Part shown: piece by piece, positions 30,792 to 38,973 of the stretch
Layout: each line of letters begins with the position of its first letter
How positions within the stretch are numbered: the stretch's first letter is position 1
Source of the DNA: an uncultured Candidatus Rokubacteria bacterium
GTDB taxonomy: Bacteria; Methylomirabilota; Methylomirabilia; Rokubacteriales; CSP1-6
DNA length: 64,000 bases
Assembly (NCBI GenBank): GCA_963754315.1
Contig: CAVWFS010000007.1
Coordinates: forward strand, 640,001 to 704,000
Direction of reading: 5' to 3'
Notes under the pieces: model-generated
Told to the model about the DNA's origin: nothing
The model's input: only the letters and a program-made list of their open reading frames with translations
Database searches by the model: none
Translations under genes and position numbers: made by a program

Positions 30792-31484
30792 TCACACGCT
30801 GAGATACGCGGTCACCTCGTCCAGGCGCAGCCCAGCCCGGTCGCTCTCCAGGGCCACCCCGCCCTTGTCCATAACATAGAACCGGTCGCCGATCGACCAC
30901 GCGAACTCGAGGTACTGTTCGACGAGCAAGATCGAGCGCCGGCCCTCACGCTTGATCCGCTCGAGTACGTCGGCAATCTGCTCGACGATGGACGGCTGGA
31001 TTCCCTCTGTCGGCTCGTCGAGCAGCAACAGTGACGGATCGGCAATGAGCACTCGAGCCAAGGCCAGTTGCTGCTGCTGCCCTCCCGAGAGGTCCCCCCC
31101 GCGCCGGGTCAAGAGTCCCTCCAGCGCCGGAAAGAGCGAGAGCACGTAGTCCAAGGCTGCGCGCGGCGGCTGCTTCTGACGCGCTCCCACCAGCAGGTTC
31201 TCGCGCACCGTGATGGTCGGGAAGATGTCGCGTCCCTGCGGGACATAGCCAATGCCAAGACGGGCTCGGGCGTAGGGAGGGACATCGGTCAGGTCGCGTC
31301 CGGCGTACTCGATCGTGCCGCGCCGGGGCGTCAGCAGTCCCATCACCGTCTTGAGCAGGGTCGTCTTCCCCACCCCGTTGCGCCCCATCACACACACGAC
31401 CTCGCCGCGACCAACCGTCAGCTCCACGTCGCCCAGGACCCGGCTGTCACCGTAGTAAACGTCGAGGCCCCTCACCGCGAGCAC
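30792..31484 (-). CDS. urtE: Urea ABC transporter ATP-binding subunit UrtE
   Basis: GRNGVGKT, YVPQGR, LSGGQQQQLA, LDEPTEGIQPSI, VEQY. Confidence 0.93.
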   Translation of the reverse strand: MLAVRGLDVYYGDSRVLGDVELTVGRGEVVCVMGRNGVGKTTLLKTVMGLLTPRRGTIEYAGRDLTDVPPYARARLGIGYVPQGRDIFPTITVRENLLVGARQKQPPRAALDYVLSLFPALEGLLTRRGGDLSGGQQQQLALARVLIADPSLLLLDEPTEGIQPSIVEQIADVLERIKREGRRSILLVEQYLEFAWSIGDRFYVMDKGGVALESDRAGLRLDEVTAYLSV

Positions 31485-32257
31485 GCGAAGGCCCCCCGTA
31501 CCCGCCCTCGCCCGAGGTACGCTTCGATCACCCGTTCGTCGGCCTGCACCCGGTCCAGCGATCCCTCCGACAGCACGCTGCCTTCGTGGAGAACCGTGAC
31601 CTGGTGGCCCCGCCGCGCGGCCTGACGCACGAACTCCATGTCGTGCTCGATGAGCATGATCGAGCAGGAAGAACGCTCCACGATCGATTCGAGCAAGGCC
31701 GCCGTTCGGTCCTTCTCCGGCCGAGTCATCCCGGCCACCGGCTCGTCGAGCAGGAGCAATGTGGGTTCCCCGAGCAGCAGCATGGCGATCTCGAGCCACT
31801 GCTTCTGGCCGTGCGCCAAGGTGCCCGCCCGCTGGCTCACCGCTTCTCGCAGCCCCACTTGGTCGAGCACCGACAGAATCGCCTGGTGGGCCTCGGCGCT
31901 GTTGCCGGCGGCCAGGGTGGACGCAAATCCCTTGCGGCCCGCGGCGAGGATCATGTTCTCCATCACGGTATGACCCGGAAACACCGAAGGCGTCTGAAAT
32001 TTTCGACTGATCCCCAGAGACGCGATGGTGTGGGTGTTGAGCCGAACGAGGTCTGTCCGCTCTCCAAAGACGACCCGCCCGCCTGCCGGTTTGACGGAGC
32101 CGGTGAGAACGTCGAACAGGGTCGTCTTGCCAGCCCCGTTCGGCCCGATCAGGAGCCGGATGCGCTCGTGCCGCGCCACGATCAGGTTCAGTTTCCGAAG
32201 AGCCAGGAATCCATCGAAGGAGACGCTGAGATCCTCCACATAGAGAAGGGAGTCCAT
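31472..32257 (-). CDS. urtD: Urea ABC transporter ATP-binding subunit UrtD
   Basis: VSFDGF, GPNGAGKT, RKFQTP, HGQKQWLEI, LDEPVAGMT, EHDM. Confidence 0.93.
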   Translation of the reverse strand: MDSLLYVEDLSVSFDGFLALRKLNLIVARHERIRLLIGPNGAGKTTLFDVLTGSVKPAGGRVVFGERTDLVRLNTHTIASLGISRKFQTPSVFPGHTVMENMILAAGRKGFASTLAAGNSAEAHQAILSVLDQVGLREAVSQRAGTLAHGQKQWLEIAMLLLGEPTLLLLDEPVAGMTRPEKDRTAALLESIVERSSCSIMLIEHDMEFVRQAARRGHQVTVLHEGSVLSEGSLDRVQADERVIEAYLGRGRVRGAFACSR

Positions 32258-32261
32258 GGCT

Positions 32262-33395
32262 CTAGCGACTTGCCTCGCCGACCCCGCGCGCGGTGATTGG
32301 CTCGCTTGCCGCCAGGCGGCGGCGTCCGAGGCGGACTGCACCAATCCCCCGGGCCAAGCCCATCAACCCTTGGGGGAAGAGCATGACAACGGTCACGAAC
32401 AGAGCCCCGAGGATGATGGGCCACAGGGTGGGATAGCTCGCCGTGAGCACACTACGCAGCCAGTTGATCGAGACCGCCCCGATCACGGCACCCCACAAAG
32501 ACCCCCGCCCGCCGAACGCCACCCAGATAACCACCTCGAGGGAGGGGAGCACGCCGACCTGGCTGGGCGTGATGATGCCGACCTGCGGCGCATAGAGCAT
32601 GCCGGCCAGCCCGGCGAGGGTGGCGGAGATGGCGAAGGCCAGGATCTTGAACCGCGCGGGGTCGTAGCCGAGAAATTCCAGCCGCCGCTCGTTGTCACGA
32701 ATCGCCTCCAAGACGAGGCCGGTCTTGGAGCGAACAAGCCACCGGGCTGCCAGCAGGGAAAGGAGGAGCACCGTCGCGGTGACCATGTACAGGACCCGGT
32801 GCGTGCCAGGGTCGGCCAGAGAGAAGCCCAGGATCGACTTGAAATCCGTGAGGCCGTTCGTCCCTCCAAGCCGCATCTCGTTACGATTCAGCATGAGCCA
32901 CACCGCAAAAGCGATGGCCTGGCTGAGGATGGCGAAATACGTCCCACGGAGGCGTCGCCTGAACGTGACCAGGCCGATGAGGGCGGCCAGCAGCGCCGGC
33001 AAGAGGATGGCCGACGCTACGGCGAAGAGCACCGACCGGAACGGCTTCCAGAAGAGCGGCAGATGGGTCACCTGGTTCCAGACCATGAAGTCGGGAATGG
33101 CCTCGCCGTAGACACCTTTGCCGGCCGAGGACAGGAGCATGGACATCCCGATCGAGTAGGCGCCGATGCCAAAGAAGATGGCCTGCCCCAGGGAAAGCAC
33201 CCCCGCATACCCCCAGAGCAGGTCGAGGCCGAGGGCGAGGATGGCCAGGGCCAGATACTTGCCGAACAGATTGAGGTAGTAATCCGAGACCACACCGAGC
33301 GCGTTGAGCAGGGGCATCACGGCAATGAAGAGCACGCCGAAGAGCCAGAGGGAGGCAGGGCTCGGCCCGCGCGCTCCGTTCAGGGTAATTGGCAT
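32262..33395 (-). CDS. urtC: Urea ABC transporter permease UrtC
   Basis: GKYL..AILALGLDLLWGYAG.LSLGQ, PDFM.WNQ, GGTNGLTDF, PQVGII.P. Confidence 0.93.
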   Translation of the reverse strand: MPITLNGARGPSPASLWLFGVLFIAVMPLLNALGVVSDYYLNLFGKYLALAILALGLDLLWGYAGVLSLGQAIFFGIGAYSIGMSMLLSSAGKGVYGEAIPDFMVWNQVTHLPLFWKPFRSVLFAVASAILLPALLAALIGLVTFRRRLRGTYFAILSQAIAFAVWLMLNRNEMRLGGTNGLTDFKSILGFSLADPGTHRVLYMVTATVLLLSLLAARWLVRSKTGLVLEAIRDNERRLEFLGYDPARFKILAFAISATLAGLAGMLYAPQVGIITPSQVGVLPSLEVVIWVAFGGRGSLWGAVIGAVSINWLRSVLTASYPTLWPIILGALFVTVVMLFPQGLMGLARGIGAVRLGRRRLAASEPITARGVGEASR

Positions 33396-35041
33396 CACGC
33401 GCCGGAGGGCGCCTCCGCCGCCGCCCGGCCGCGCTGCGGGAACAAACCGGTCGGACGCCACTGGAGAAACCAGATCACGATGAGCAGGACCGCCACCTTC
33501 GCGTAGACCGCGGCCGCCGTGCCCCCGATGGCCGGCTCCAGCAGTTTGTTGACGAGGCCGAGTCCGAAGGCAGCCACCACCGTGCCCAGGAGCCGGCCGA
33601 CTCCCCCAAGAACGACAACCATGAACGAGTCGACGATGTACGTCTTCCCCACCTCCGGATCCACCGTCCCGATCAGGCTGAGGGCGCAGCCGGCCACGCC
33701 GGCCAGGGCGGTGCCGAGAGCGAAGGTGACCGCGTCGATTCGTCGGGTCGACACGCCGAGCGACGACGCCATGGCTCGGTTCTGCATCACCGCCCGGACC
33801 TTGAGGCCGGAATAGGTTCGCTGCAGGAGAAGCCAGAGAGCAGCCAAGGCTGCTCCCGCCAGACCCACGATAAAGATGCGGCTCCACGGAAAGACGAGAC
33901 CCGGCATCACTTCAGGTCCGCCGCGAAGCCACGTCGGTGAGTTCACGCTGGTCTGATCGCCGAACCACAGGCGGGCGGCTTGCTGCAGGATGAGACCGAT
34001 GCCCCAGGTCACGATGAGGGTTTCCAGCGGCCGCCCGTACAGAAAGCGAATCACCGTGCCTTCCAGCACGAGCCCGACGAGCCCGGCCGCCAGGAACGAC
34101 AGCGGCAAGGCGACGAAGAAATACGAATCTTGATGGGTCGGCCACCGCGTGGCGAAGATCTCCTGCACGACATAGGCTGTGTAGGAGCCAATCATCAGCA
34201 TCTCGCCGTGAGCCATGTTGATGATGCCCATCAACCCGAAGGTGACGGCCAGGCCGAGGCTCATCAGGAGCAGGACCGCCCCGAGGCTCACCCCGTTGAA
34301 GAGGTAACCGACGAGACCTCGAATCCCGATGTACGACTCGAGGCTACGCTGGCCCTCCCGCGCCGCCGCACGCACACCCGGGTCGGGATCGTCGGTCGCC
34401 AGGCTTCGCAGCTGGGCGAGGGCCGCCTCGGAGCGCGAGCCGGCAAGAAACCGCACCGCAGCAATCCGTGCCTCCGGCTCCGCCGCACCGAGCCGAAGCT
34501 TGGCCAACCCTTCCTCCAGCAGCGCGCGAATCTCAGGCAGTGTTTCACGCTCGCGCGCGCGCGACAGGACGGGCACGGCGGTGGGGTCACGCGAGTTACC
34601 GAGCTTGATCGCTGCCGACTTCCGCACCTCAGGCTTCGTGCTGAAGATCTCCAAGCGCTGGAGGACGCTCTGTACCATCCCGAAGAGCGACTCGTCGAGC
34701 GGCACCGGCTCCTGGCCGGACGCGATGGTCACGGGTGCTCCCTGCGCGTCGAGCGCCGGACGACCGCGCGTGTCCTGAGCGCTGCCATCGTCGCCGAGCA
34801 TCAGGAGTCGGCCCTGGTCCCGATAGAGCGCCCCGTCCTTGAGGGCGCGCAGGAGGGGCTCCACTGCCGGATCGCCGAGTTTCTCCAGCGCCTGGATGGC
34901 CTCGCGCTGCTGGGCGGGGTCACCCAGACGCGTGGCCAGGGCGTCCAGATCGGCGGCGGCCGAGGCGGCTCGCGCCACCCCGGCCCCCACGCCCAGAAGG
35001 GCGAGCAGCGCGAGGCTGCTCAGGACTTTTCCGACAACCAC
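33395..35041 (-). CDS. urtB: Urea ABC transporter permease UrtB with N-terminal HEAT-like periplasmic domain
   Basis: GLAVTFGLMGIINMAHGE, LYGRPLETL, YIVDSFMVVVLGG, Q.RP.GLF. Confidence 0.93.
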   Translation of the reverse strand: MVVGKVLSSLALLALLGVGAGVARAASAAADLDALATRLGDPAQQREAIQALEKLGDPAVEPLLRALKDGALYRDQGRLLMLGDDGSAQDTRGRPALDAQGAPVTIASGQEPVPLDESLFGMVQSVLQRLEIFSTKPEVRKSAAIKLGNSRDPTAVPVLSRARERETLPEIRALLEEGLAKLRLGAAEPEARIAAVRFLAGSRSEAALAQLRSLATDDPDPGVRAAAREGQRSLESYIGIRGLVGYLFNGVSLGAVLLLMSLGLAVTFGLMGIINMAHGEMLMIGSYTAYVVQEIFATRWPTHQDSYFFVALPLSFLAAGLVGLVLEGTVIRFLYGRPLETLIVTWGIGLILQQAARLWFGDQTSVNSPTWLRGGPEVMPGLVFPWSRIFIVGLAGAALAALWLLLQRTYSGLKVRAVMQNRAMASSLGVSTRRIDAVTFALGTALAGVAGCALSLIGTVDPEVGKTYIVDSFMVVVLGGVGRLLGTVVAAFGLGLVNKLLEPAIGGTAAAVYAKVAVLLIVIWFLQWRPTGLFPQRGRAAAEAPSGA

Positions 35042-36345
35042 ACGCGCTTGCCGCCCACGGTGTCGAACGTGCCCTTACCGCCCTTGGACCAGTCGCACGC
35101 TCGGCCCGGATAGGTCAAGCCGCTCCAGGGCTCGGGCGCAACCCATCCCTTGGAGCGCCACACCACGTCGAACTGACCGTCCTCCCTGATCTTGCCGATG
35201 TAGACGGGCTTCCACGTGTGATGGTTCTTCTCATCGACTTTGTAGTTGCCCACCGGGCTCATGACGTCGAGGCCCTCGACAGCCTTCAGGACCTTGTCGA
35301 CCTCGGTGCTCTCCGCCTTCTGGGCGGCCTTGGCCCAGAGCTTCACGTGGATGTAGCCGTGCATCATCGGGTCGTCGGTCACCGCCTGCTTCTCGGCGAT
35401 CCCCTTCTTCTTCGCGAACTCCTTGTAGGCCTTCACCCACTTGATGTTCTCGGGTGTCTTGAGGGACATGAAATAGTTCCAGGAGGCGAGATGGCCGACG
35501 AGTGGCTTGACGTCGAGCGTCTGCAGCTCCACCTCGGCGAAGCTGAACGACATGACGGGGCAGCGGTCGGCGGTCACGCCTTGATTCGCCAGCTCCTTGA
35601 AGAACGGAACGTTGCTGTCGCCGTTGATGGTGTTGATGACGGCGGCGTCGCCGGCAGCGGCAAAGCTCTTCACCTTGCCCACGATCGTCTGGTAGTCCTG
35701 ATGGTGGAAGGGCGTGTATTCCTCCGCGATGGCCGAGTCGGGAACCTTCTTGACCTTGTTCAGATAGATGCGCAGGATCTTGTTCGTCGTCCGCGGGTAC
35801 ACGTAATCGGAGCCGAGCAGGTAGAACCGCTTCTTGGCGCCGCCCTCCGGGCTCATTAAGTAATCGACACCGGGAGTGGCCTGCTGGTTGATGGTGGCCC
35901 CGGTGTAGATGACGTTCTTCGAGCACTCCTCCCCTTCGTATTGGACGGGGTAGAAGAGCAGGCCGTTGTTCTTCTCGAACACGGGCAGGACCGATTTGCG
36001 GCTCACCGAGGTCCAGCAGCCAAAGACCGCGGCCACCTTGTCTTGCAGCAAGAGCTTCTTGGACTTCTCCGCGAAGAGGTCCCAGTTCGAGGCGGGGTCC
36101 TCAACGATGGGCTCGACCTTGCGGCCGAGTACCCCTCCACTGGCATTGACCTCCTCGATCGCCATCAGGATCACGTCCTTCAACGGGGCCTCGCTGATGG
36201 CCATCGTTCCGCTGAGCGAGTGTAGAACGCCGACCTTGATGGGCTCCTGCGCCCGCAGGAGGTGAGGCATCCCGAGGCCGCTCCCCACCACCACACCAGT
36301 GGTGAGCGAGCCCTTCAGAAAGTCACGACGAGAGCACACGGACAT
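35020..36345 (-). CDS. urtA: Urea ABC transporter substrate-binding protein UrtA, Tat signal
   Basis: SRRDFLK Tat motif; GVLHSLSGTMAISE, FGCWTSVSRKSV, YPVQYEG, GSDYVYPRT; AAGGAGG RBS before ATG 36345. Confidence 0.95.
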   Translation of the reverse strand: MSVCSRRDFLKGSLTTGVVVGSGLGMPHLLRAQEPIKVGVLHSLSGTMAISEAPLKDVILMAIEEVNASGGVLGRKVEPIVEDPASNWDLFAEKSKKLLLQDKVAAVFGCWTSVSRKSVLPVFEKNNGLLFYPVQYEGEECSKNVIYTGATINQQATPGVDYLMSPEGGAKKRFYLLGSDYVYPRTTNKILRIYLNKVKKVPDSAIAEEYTPFHHQDYQTIVGKVKSFAAAGDAAVINTINGDSNVPFFKELANQGVTADRCPVMSFSFAEVELQTLDVKPLVGHLASWNYFMSLKTPENIKWVKAYKEFAKKKGIAEKQAVTDDPMMHGYIHVKLWAKAAQKAESTEVDKVLKAVEGLDVMSPVGNYKVDEKNHHTWKPVYIGKIREDGQFDVVWRSKGWVAPEPWSGLTYPGRACDWSKGGKGTFDTVGGKRVWLSEKS

Positions 36346-36435
36346 TGGCGCCTCCTTTCTGTCACGGTTGTTCACGAGGTGCCGAAGACTCGGATTCGTA
36401 GCGGCACCGAGCATGTCGGCTACACGCTCAGCGGT

Positions 36436-36477
36436 CCACGCCCACGCTGGCGCGGTTCGGGAGGGACGCCGCTGTCC
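36436..36477 (-). promoter_or_regulatory. ANTAR-type twin-hairpin RNA motif in the urtA leader
   Basis: Minus strand reads GGAC-AGCGGC-GTCC, an 8-nt linker, then CCGCGCC-AGCGTG-GGCGTGG. Both loops are hexamers with A1 and G4, closed by C-G. Confidence 0.7.
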
Positions 36478-36495
36478 GCTCGGAACCAGGTGGGT

Positions 36496-36511
36496 AGCAA
36501 GAGGCATACCG
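36496..36511 (-). promoter_or_regulatory. Sigma54 -24/-12 promoter of the urt-ure operon
   Basis: Minus strand CGGTATGCCTCTTGCT = GG-N10-GC with TTGC, upstream of a nitrogen-scavenging operon. Confidence 0.72.
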
Positions 36512-36561
36512 CACGAGATTGAAGCCAGTCGCGGGATTACGTGACAGCGGGCTCAGAATGT

Positions 36562-36608
36562 TGCCTACCGAACGGGCACGGGGCCGAAGACTGACTCATT
36601 CGTGAGCA
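36562..36608. promoter_or_regulatory. Two NtrC-like 17-bp enhancer boxes, 30 bp apart
   Basis: TGCCT-N7-GGGCA (36562-36578) and TGACT-N7-GAGCA (36592-36608) resemble TGCAC-N7-GTGCA; centres about 85 and 115 bp upstream of the predicted sigma54 start site. Confidence 0.55.
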
Positions 36609-36653
36609 TCGTCACCCGCCGGAACACCTTCGAAATCTTGTAAGCTCGAGCCC

Positions 36654-38969
36654 ATGGCCCACTCGAGCGAACACCCAAGCGCTGGCTATATCGGACGGCC
36701 CATGAAGCGACGCGAGGACCCGCGCCTACTCACCGGCACCGGGCGCTACGTGGACGACCTCGCTCCCCCGGGCTGCCTGCACGCGGTCTTCGTGCGTTCC
36801 CCCCACGCGCACGCTCGGATCGTTCGCCTCGACGTCGATGCAGCCCGCAGGGCTCAGCGGGTGGTCGCGATCGTGACGGGGGAGGACGTGGCCCATCTCC
36901 CTCCGATGCCGGTGAATCGGGCCATCCCCGATATGAAGGTTCCGCCTCACCCGCTCGTCGCCCTCGGCCACGTCCGTGCCGCTGGAGTTCCCGTCGTCGT
37001 GGTCGTCGCCGAGAGTGTCGAGGCGGCACGGGACGCCGCCGAGCTTATCGAAGTCGAGTACGAGCCGCTCGCGGCCACGGTGGAGCCGGAGGAGGCTTTG
37101 GCGCCCAGTGCGCCGCTGCTGTTCCCGGACATCGAGGGTAATCGCTCGTTCCGGCGCGTCCTACGTCAGGGCGACGCCGCCGCCGCCTTCGCTGCCGCCG
37201 CCCATCGAGTGCCACTGCGCGTCGCCCAGTCGCGGATCGCTGCCGTGCCCATCGAACCGCGCGCGGTGCTGGCCGCCTTCGACACCTTGACCGAGGAGCT
37301 CACCCTGTGGGTGTCCTGCCAGGCGCCCTTCCGTATTCGGGCCGAGGTCGCTCGCCTGCTCGGCGTGCCGGAGTCGCGCGTCCGCGTGATCGCGCCCGAT
37401 GTGGGCGGAGGGTTCGGAGTGAAGAGCGGACCGTATCGAGAGGAGATCGTCCTGGCCTGGTTGGCGCCGCGCGTGAAGCGGCCCATCAAGTGGATCGCCA
37501 CCCGGGGCGAGGACATGGTCACCACGACTCACGCGCGCGGGGCAGTCTGCGAAGGAGAGCTCGCGCTCGATGCCGACGGGCGCATCCTCGCCCTCAGGGC
37601 GCGCGTCCTGGCTCCGCTTGGGTCTGCGTTGATGAATGCCGCCGCGGGGTCGCCGTGGAACCACGCCCGGCTCTTGCCCGGAGCGTACGTGGTGCCCGCC
37701 TGCGAGATCGAGGTGAGCGGCGCCCTCACCACGACCACGCCCCTTGCCGCCTACCGCGGAGCTGGCCGACCGGAAGCCTGCTTCTTCATCGAACGCCTGA
37801 TGGACACCGCGTCGCGGGTCGTCGGCCTGGACCCAGCGGAGATTCGGCGCCGTAATCTGATCGCGGCCGATGCCTTCCCGTACCGTACGGTGACCGGGCA
37901 GGTCTACGACTCCGGCGACTATCCCCAGGCCCTCCAGCGAGCGTTGGCCACCGCGGACTATCCCGCCCTTCGCCGGGCCCAGGAAGAGCGCCGGGGCCGT
38001 GGCGAGCTCGTGGGCATCGGTCTCACCAGCTACGTGGAGCCGTGCGCACTAGGGTGGGAGAGTGGCAGCCTCAAGGTCGAGCGTTCAGGCAGGGTCACGG
38101 CCATCACCGGGTCCAGCGCCCACGGGCAGGGACACGAGACGACCTTCGCCCAGGTGGTGGCCGACCACCTCGGAGTATCTCCGGACGACGTCAGCGTCGT
38201 GCACGGAGACACGCGGAGCGGCCCCGAAGGCTTCGGGACCTTCGGCAGCCGTAGCGTGGCGCTCGGCGGCGGCGCGCTCGCCCGTGTGTCGGCCGAGGTG
38301 GCCGAGAAGGGACGCCGCATCGCCGCCAAGCTGCTGGAGGCTGCCGCCGCGGACGTGGCCAAGGTCCCAGGGGGCTTCCAGGTCGTCGGGGTTCCTCAGC
38401 GACGGGTGACGTGGACGGAGGTCGCCGCGGCCGCCTATGCGGGAGGCGCCTCCCTGCCGACCGGGGAAACGCCGGGCCTGGAGGCCACCGTCTACTTCGA
38501 CCCGCAAGGCGAGGTGTGGAGTTTCGGGGCGGTCGTTGCGGTCGTGTCGATCGATCGCGAGACGGGTCGGGCCACCGTGGAGAACCTCGTGTGGGTGGAC
38601 GACGCTGGTACCGTGATCAACCCTCTCCTAGCCGAGGGGCAACTACACGGCTCGCTCGCTCAAGGTCTCGGGCAGATCCTGATGGAGCGCATCGTGTACG
38701 ACGCCGACGGTCAGCTCTTGACGGGCACTCTGATGGACTACGCGCTTCCGCGCGCCGACGACGTGCCGCCCGTGCTGATCGAGAAGATGCACACGCCATC
38801 TCCGCGCAACCCGCTCGGCGCCAAGGGCCTCGGCGAGGCGGGGTGTATCGCCATGCCGCCGGCCATCGTGAACGCGGTGGTCGATGCCCTGTCGCCCTTG
38901 GGCATCACTCACCTCGACATGCCGCTCACCCCAGAGCGGATCTGGGCGGCGCTCGACGGCCACGCGTAG
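36654..38969 (+). CDS. CoxL form II-like / xanthine dehydrogenase family Mo subunit
   Basis: RREDPRLLTG, DVGGGFGVK, AYRGAGRPE, HGQGHET, GTFGSRS, GAKGLGE. Confidence 0.92.
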   Translation: MAHSSEHPSAGYIGRPMKRREDPRLLTGTGRYVDDLAPPGCLHAVFVRSPHAHARIVRLDVDAARRAQRVVAIVTGEDVAHLPPMPVNRAIPDMKVPPHPLVALGHVRAAGVPVVVVVAESVEAARDAAELIEVEYEPLAATVEPEEALAPSAPLLFPDIEGNRSFRRVLRQGDAAAAFAAAAHRVPLRVAQSRIAAVPIEPRAVLAAFDTLTEELTLWVSCQAPFRIRAEVARLLGVPESRVRVIAPDVGGGFGVKSGPYREEIVLAWLAPRVKRPIKWIATRGEDMVTTTHARGAVCEGELALDADGRILALRARVLAPLGSALMNAAAGSPWNHARLLPGAYVVPACEIEVSGALTTTTPLAAYRGAGRPEACFFIERLMDTASRVVGLDPAEIRRRNLIAADAFPYRTVTGQVYDSGDYPQALQRALATADYPALRRAQEERRGRGELVGIGLTSYVEPCALGWESGSLKVERSGRVTAITGSSAHGQGHETTFAQVVADHLGVSPDDVSVVHGDTRSGPEGFGTFGSRSVALGGGALARVSAEVAEKGRRIAAKLLEAAAADVAKVPGGFQVVGVPQRRVTWTEVAAAAYAGGASLPTGETPGLEATVYFDPQGEVWSFGAVVAVVSIDRETGRATVENLVWVDDAGTVINPLLAEGQLHGSLAQGLGQILMERIVYDADGQLLTGTLMDYALPRADDVPPVLIEKMHTPSPRNPLGAKGLGEAGCIAMPPAIVNAVVDALSPLGITHLDMPLTPERIWAALDGHA

Positions 38970-38973
38970 CGGG

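Noticed and set aside
33395..35041. HEAT-like N-terminal domain on UrtB as a novel fusion
   Set aside because: Long periplasmic N-terminal extensions are already known in UrtB proteins.
36654..38969. Bona fide aerobic CO dehydrogenase
   Set aside because: The motif is AYRGAGR (form II-like), not AYRCSFR, and no adjacent cox S/M or accessory genes are present.
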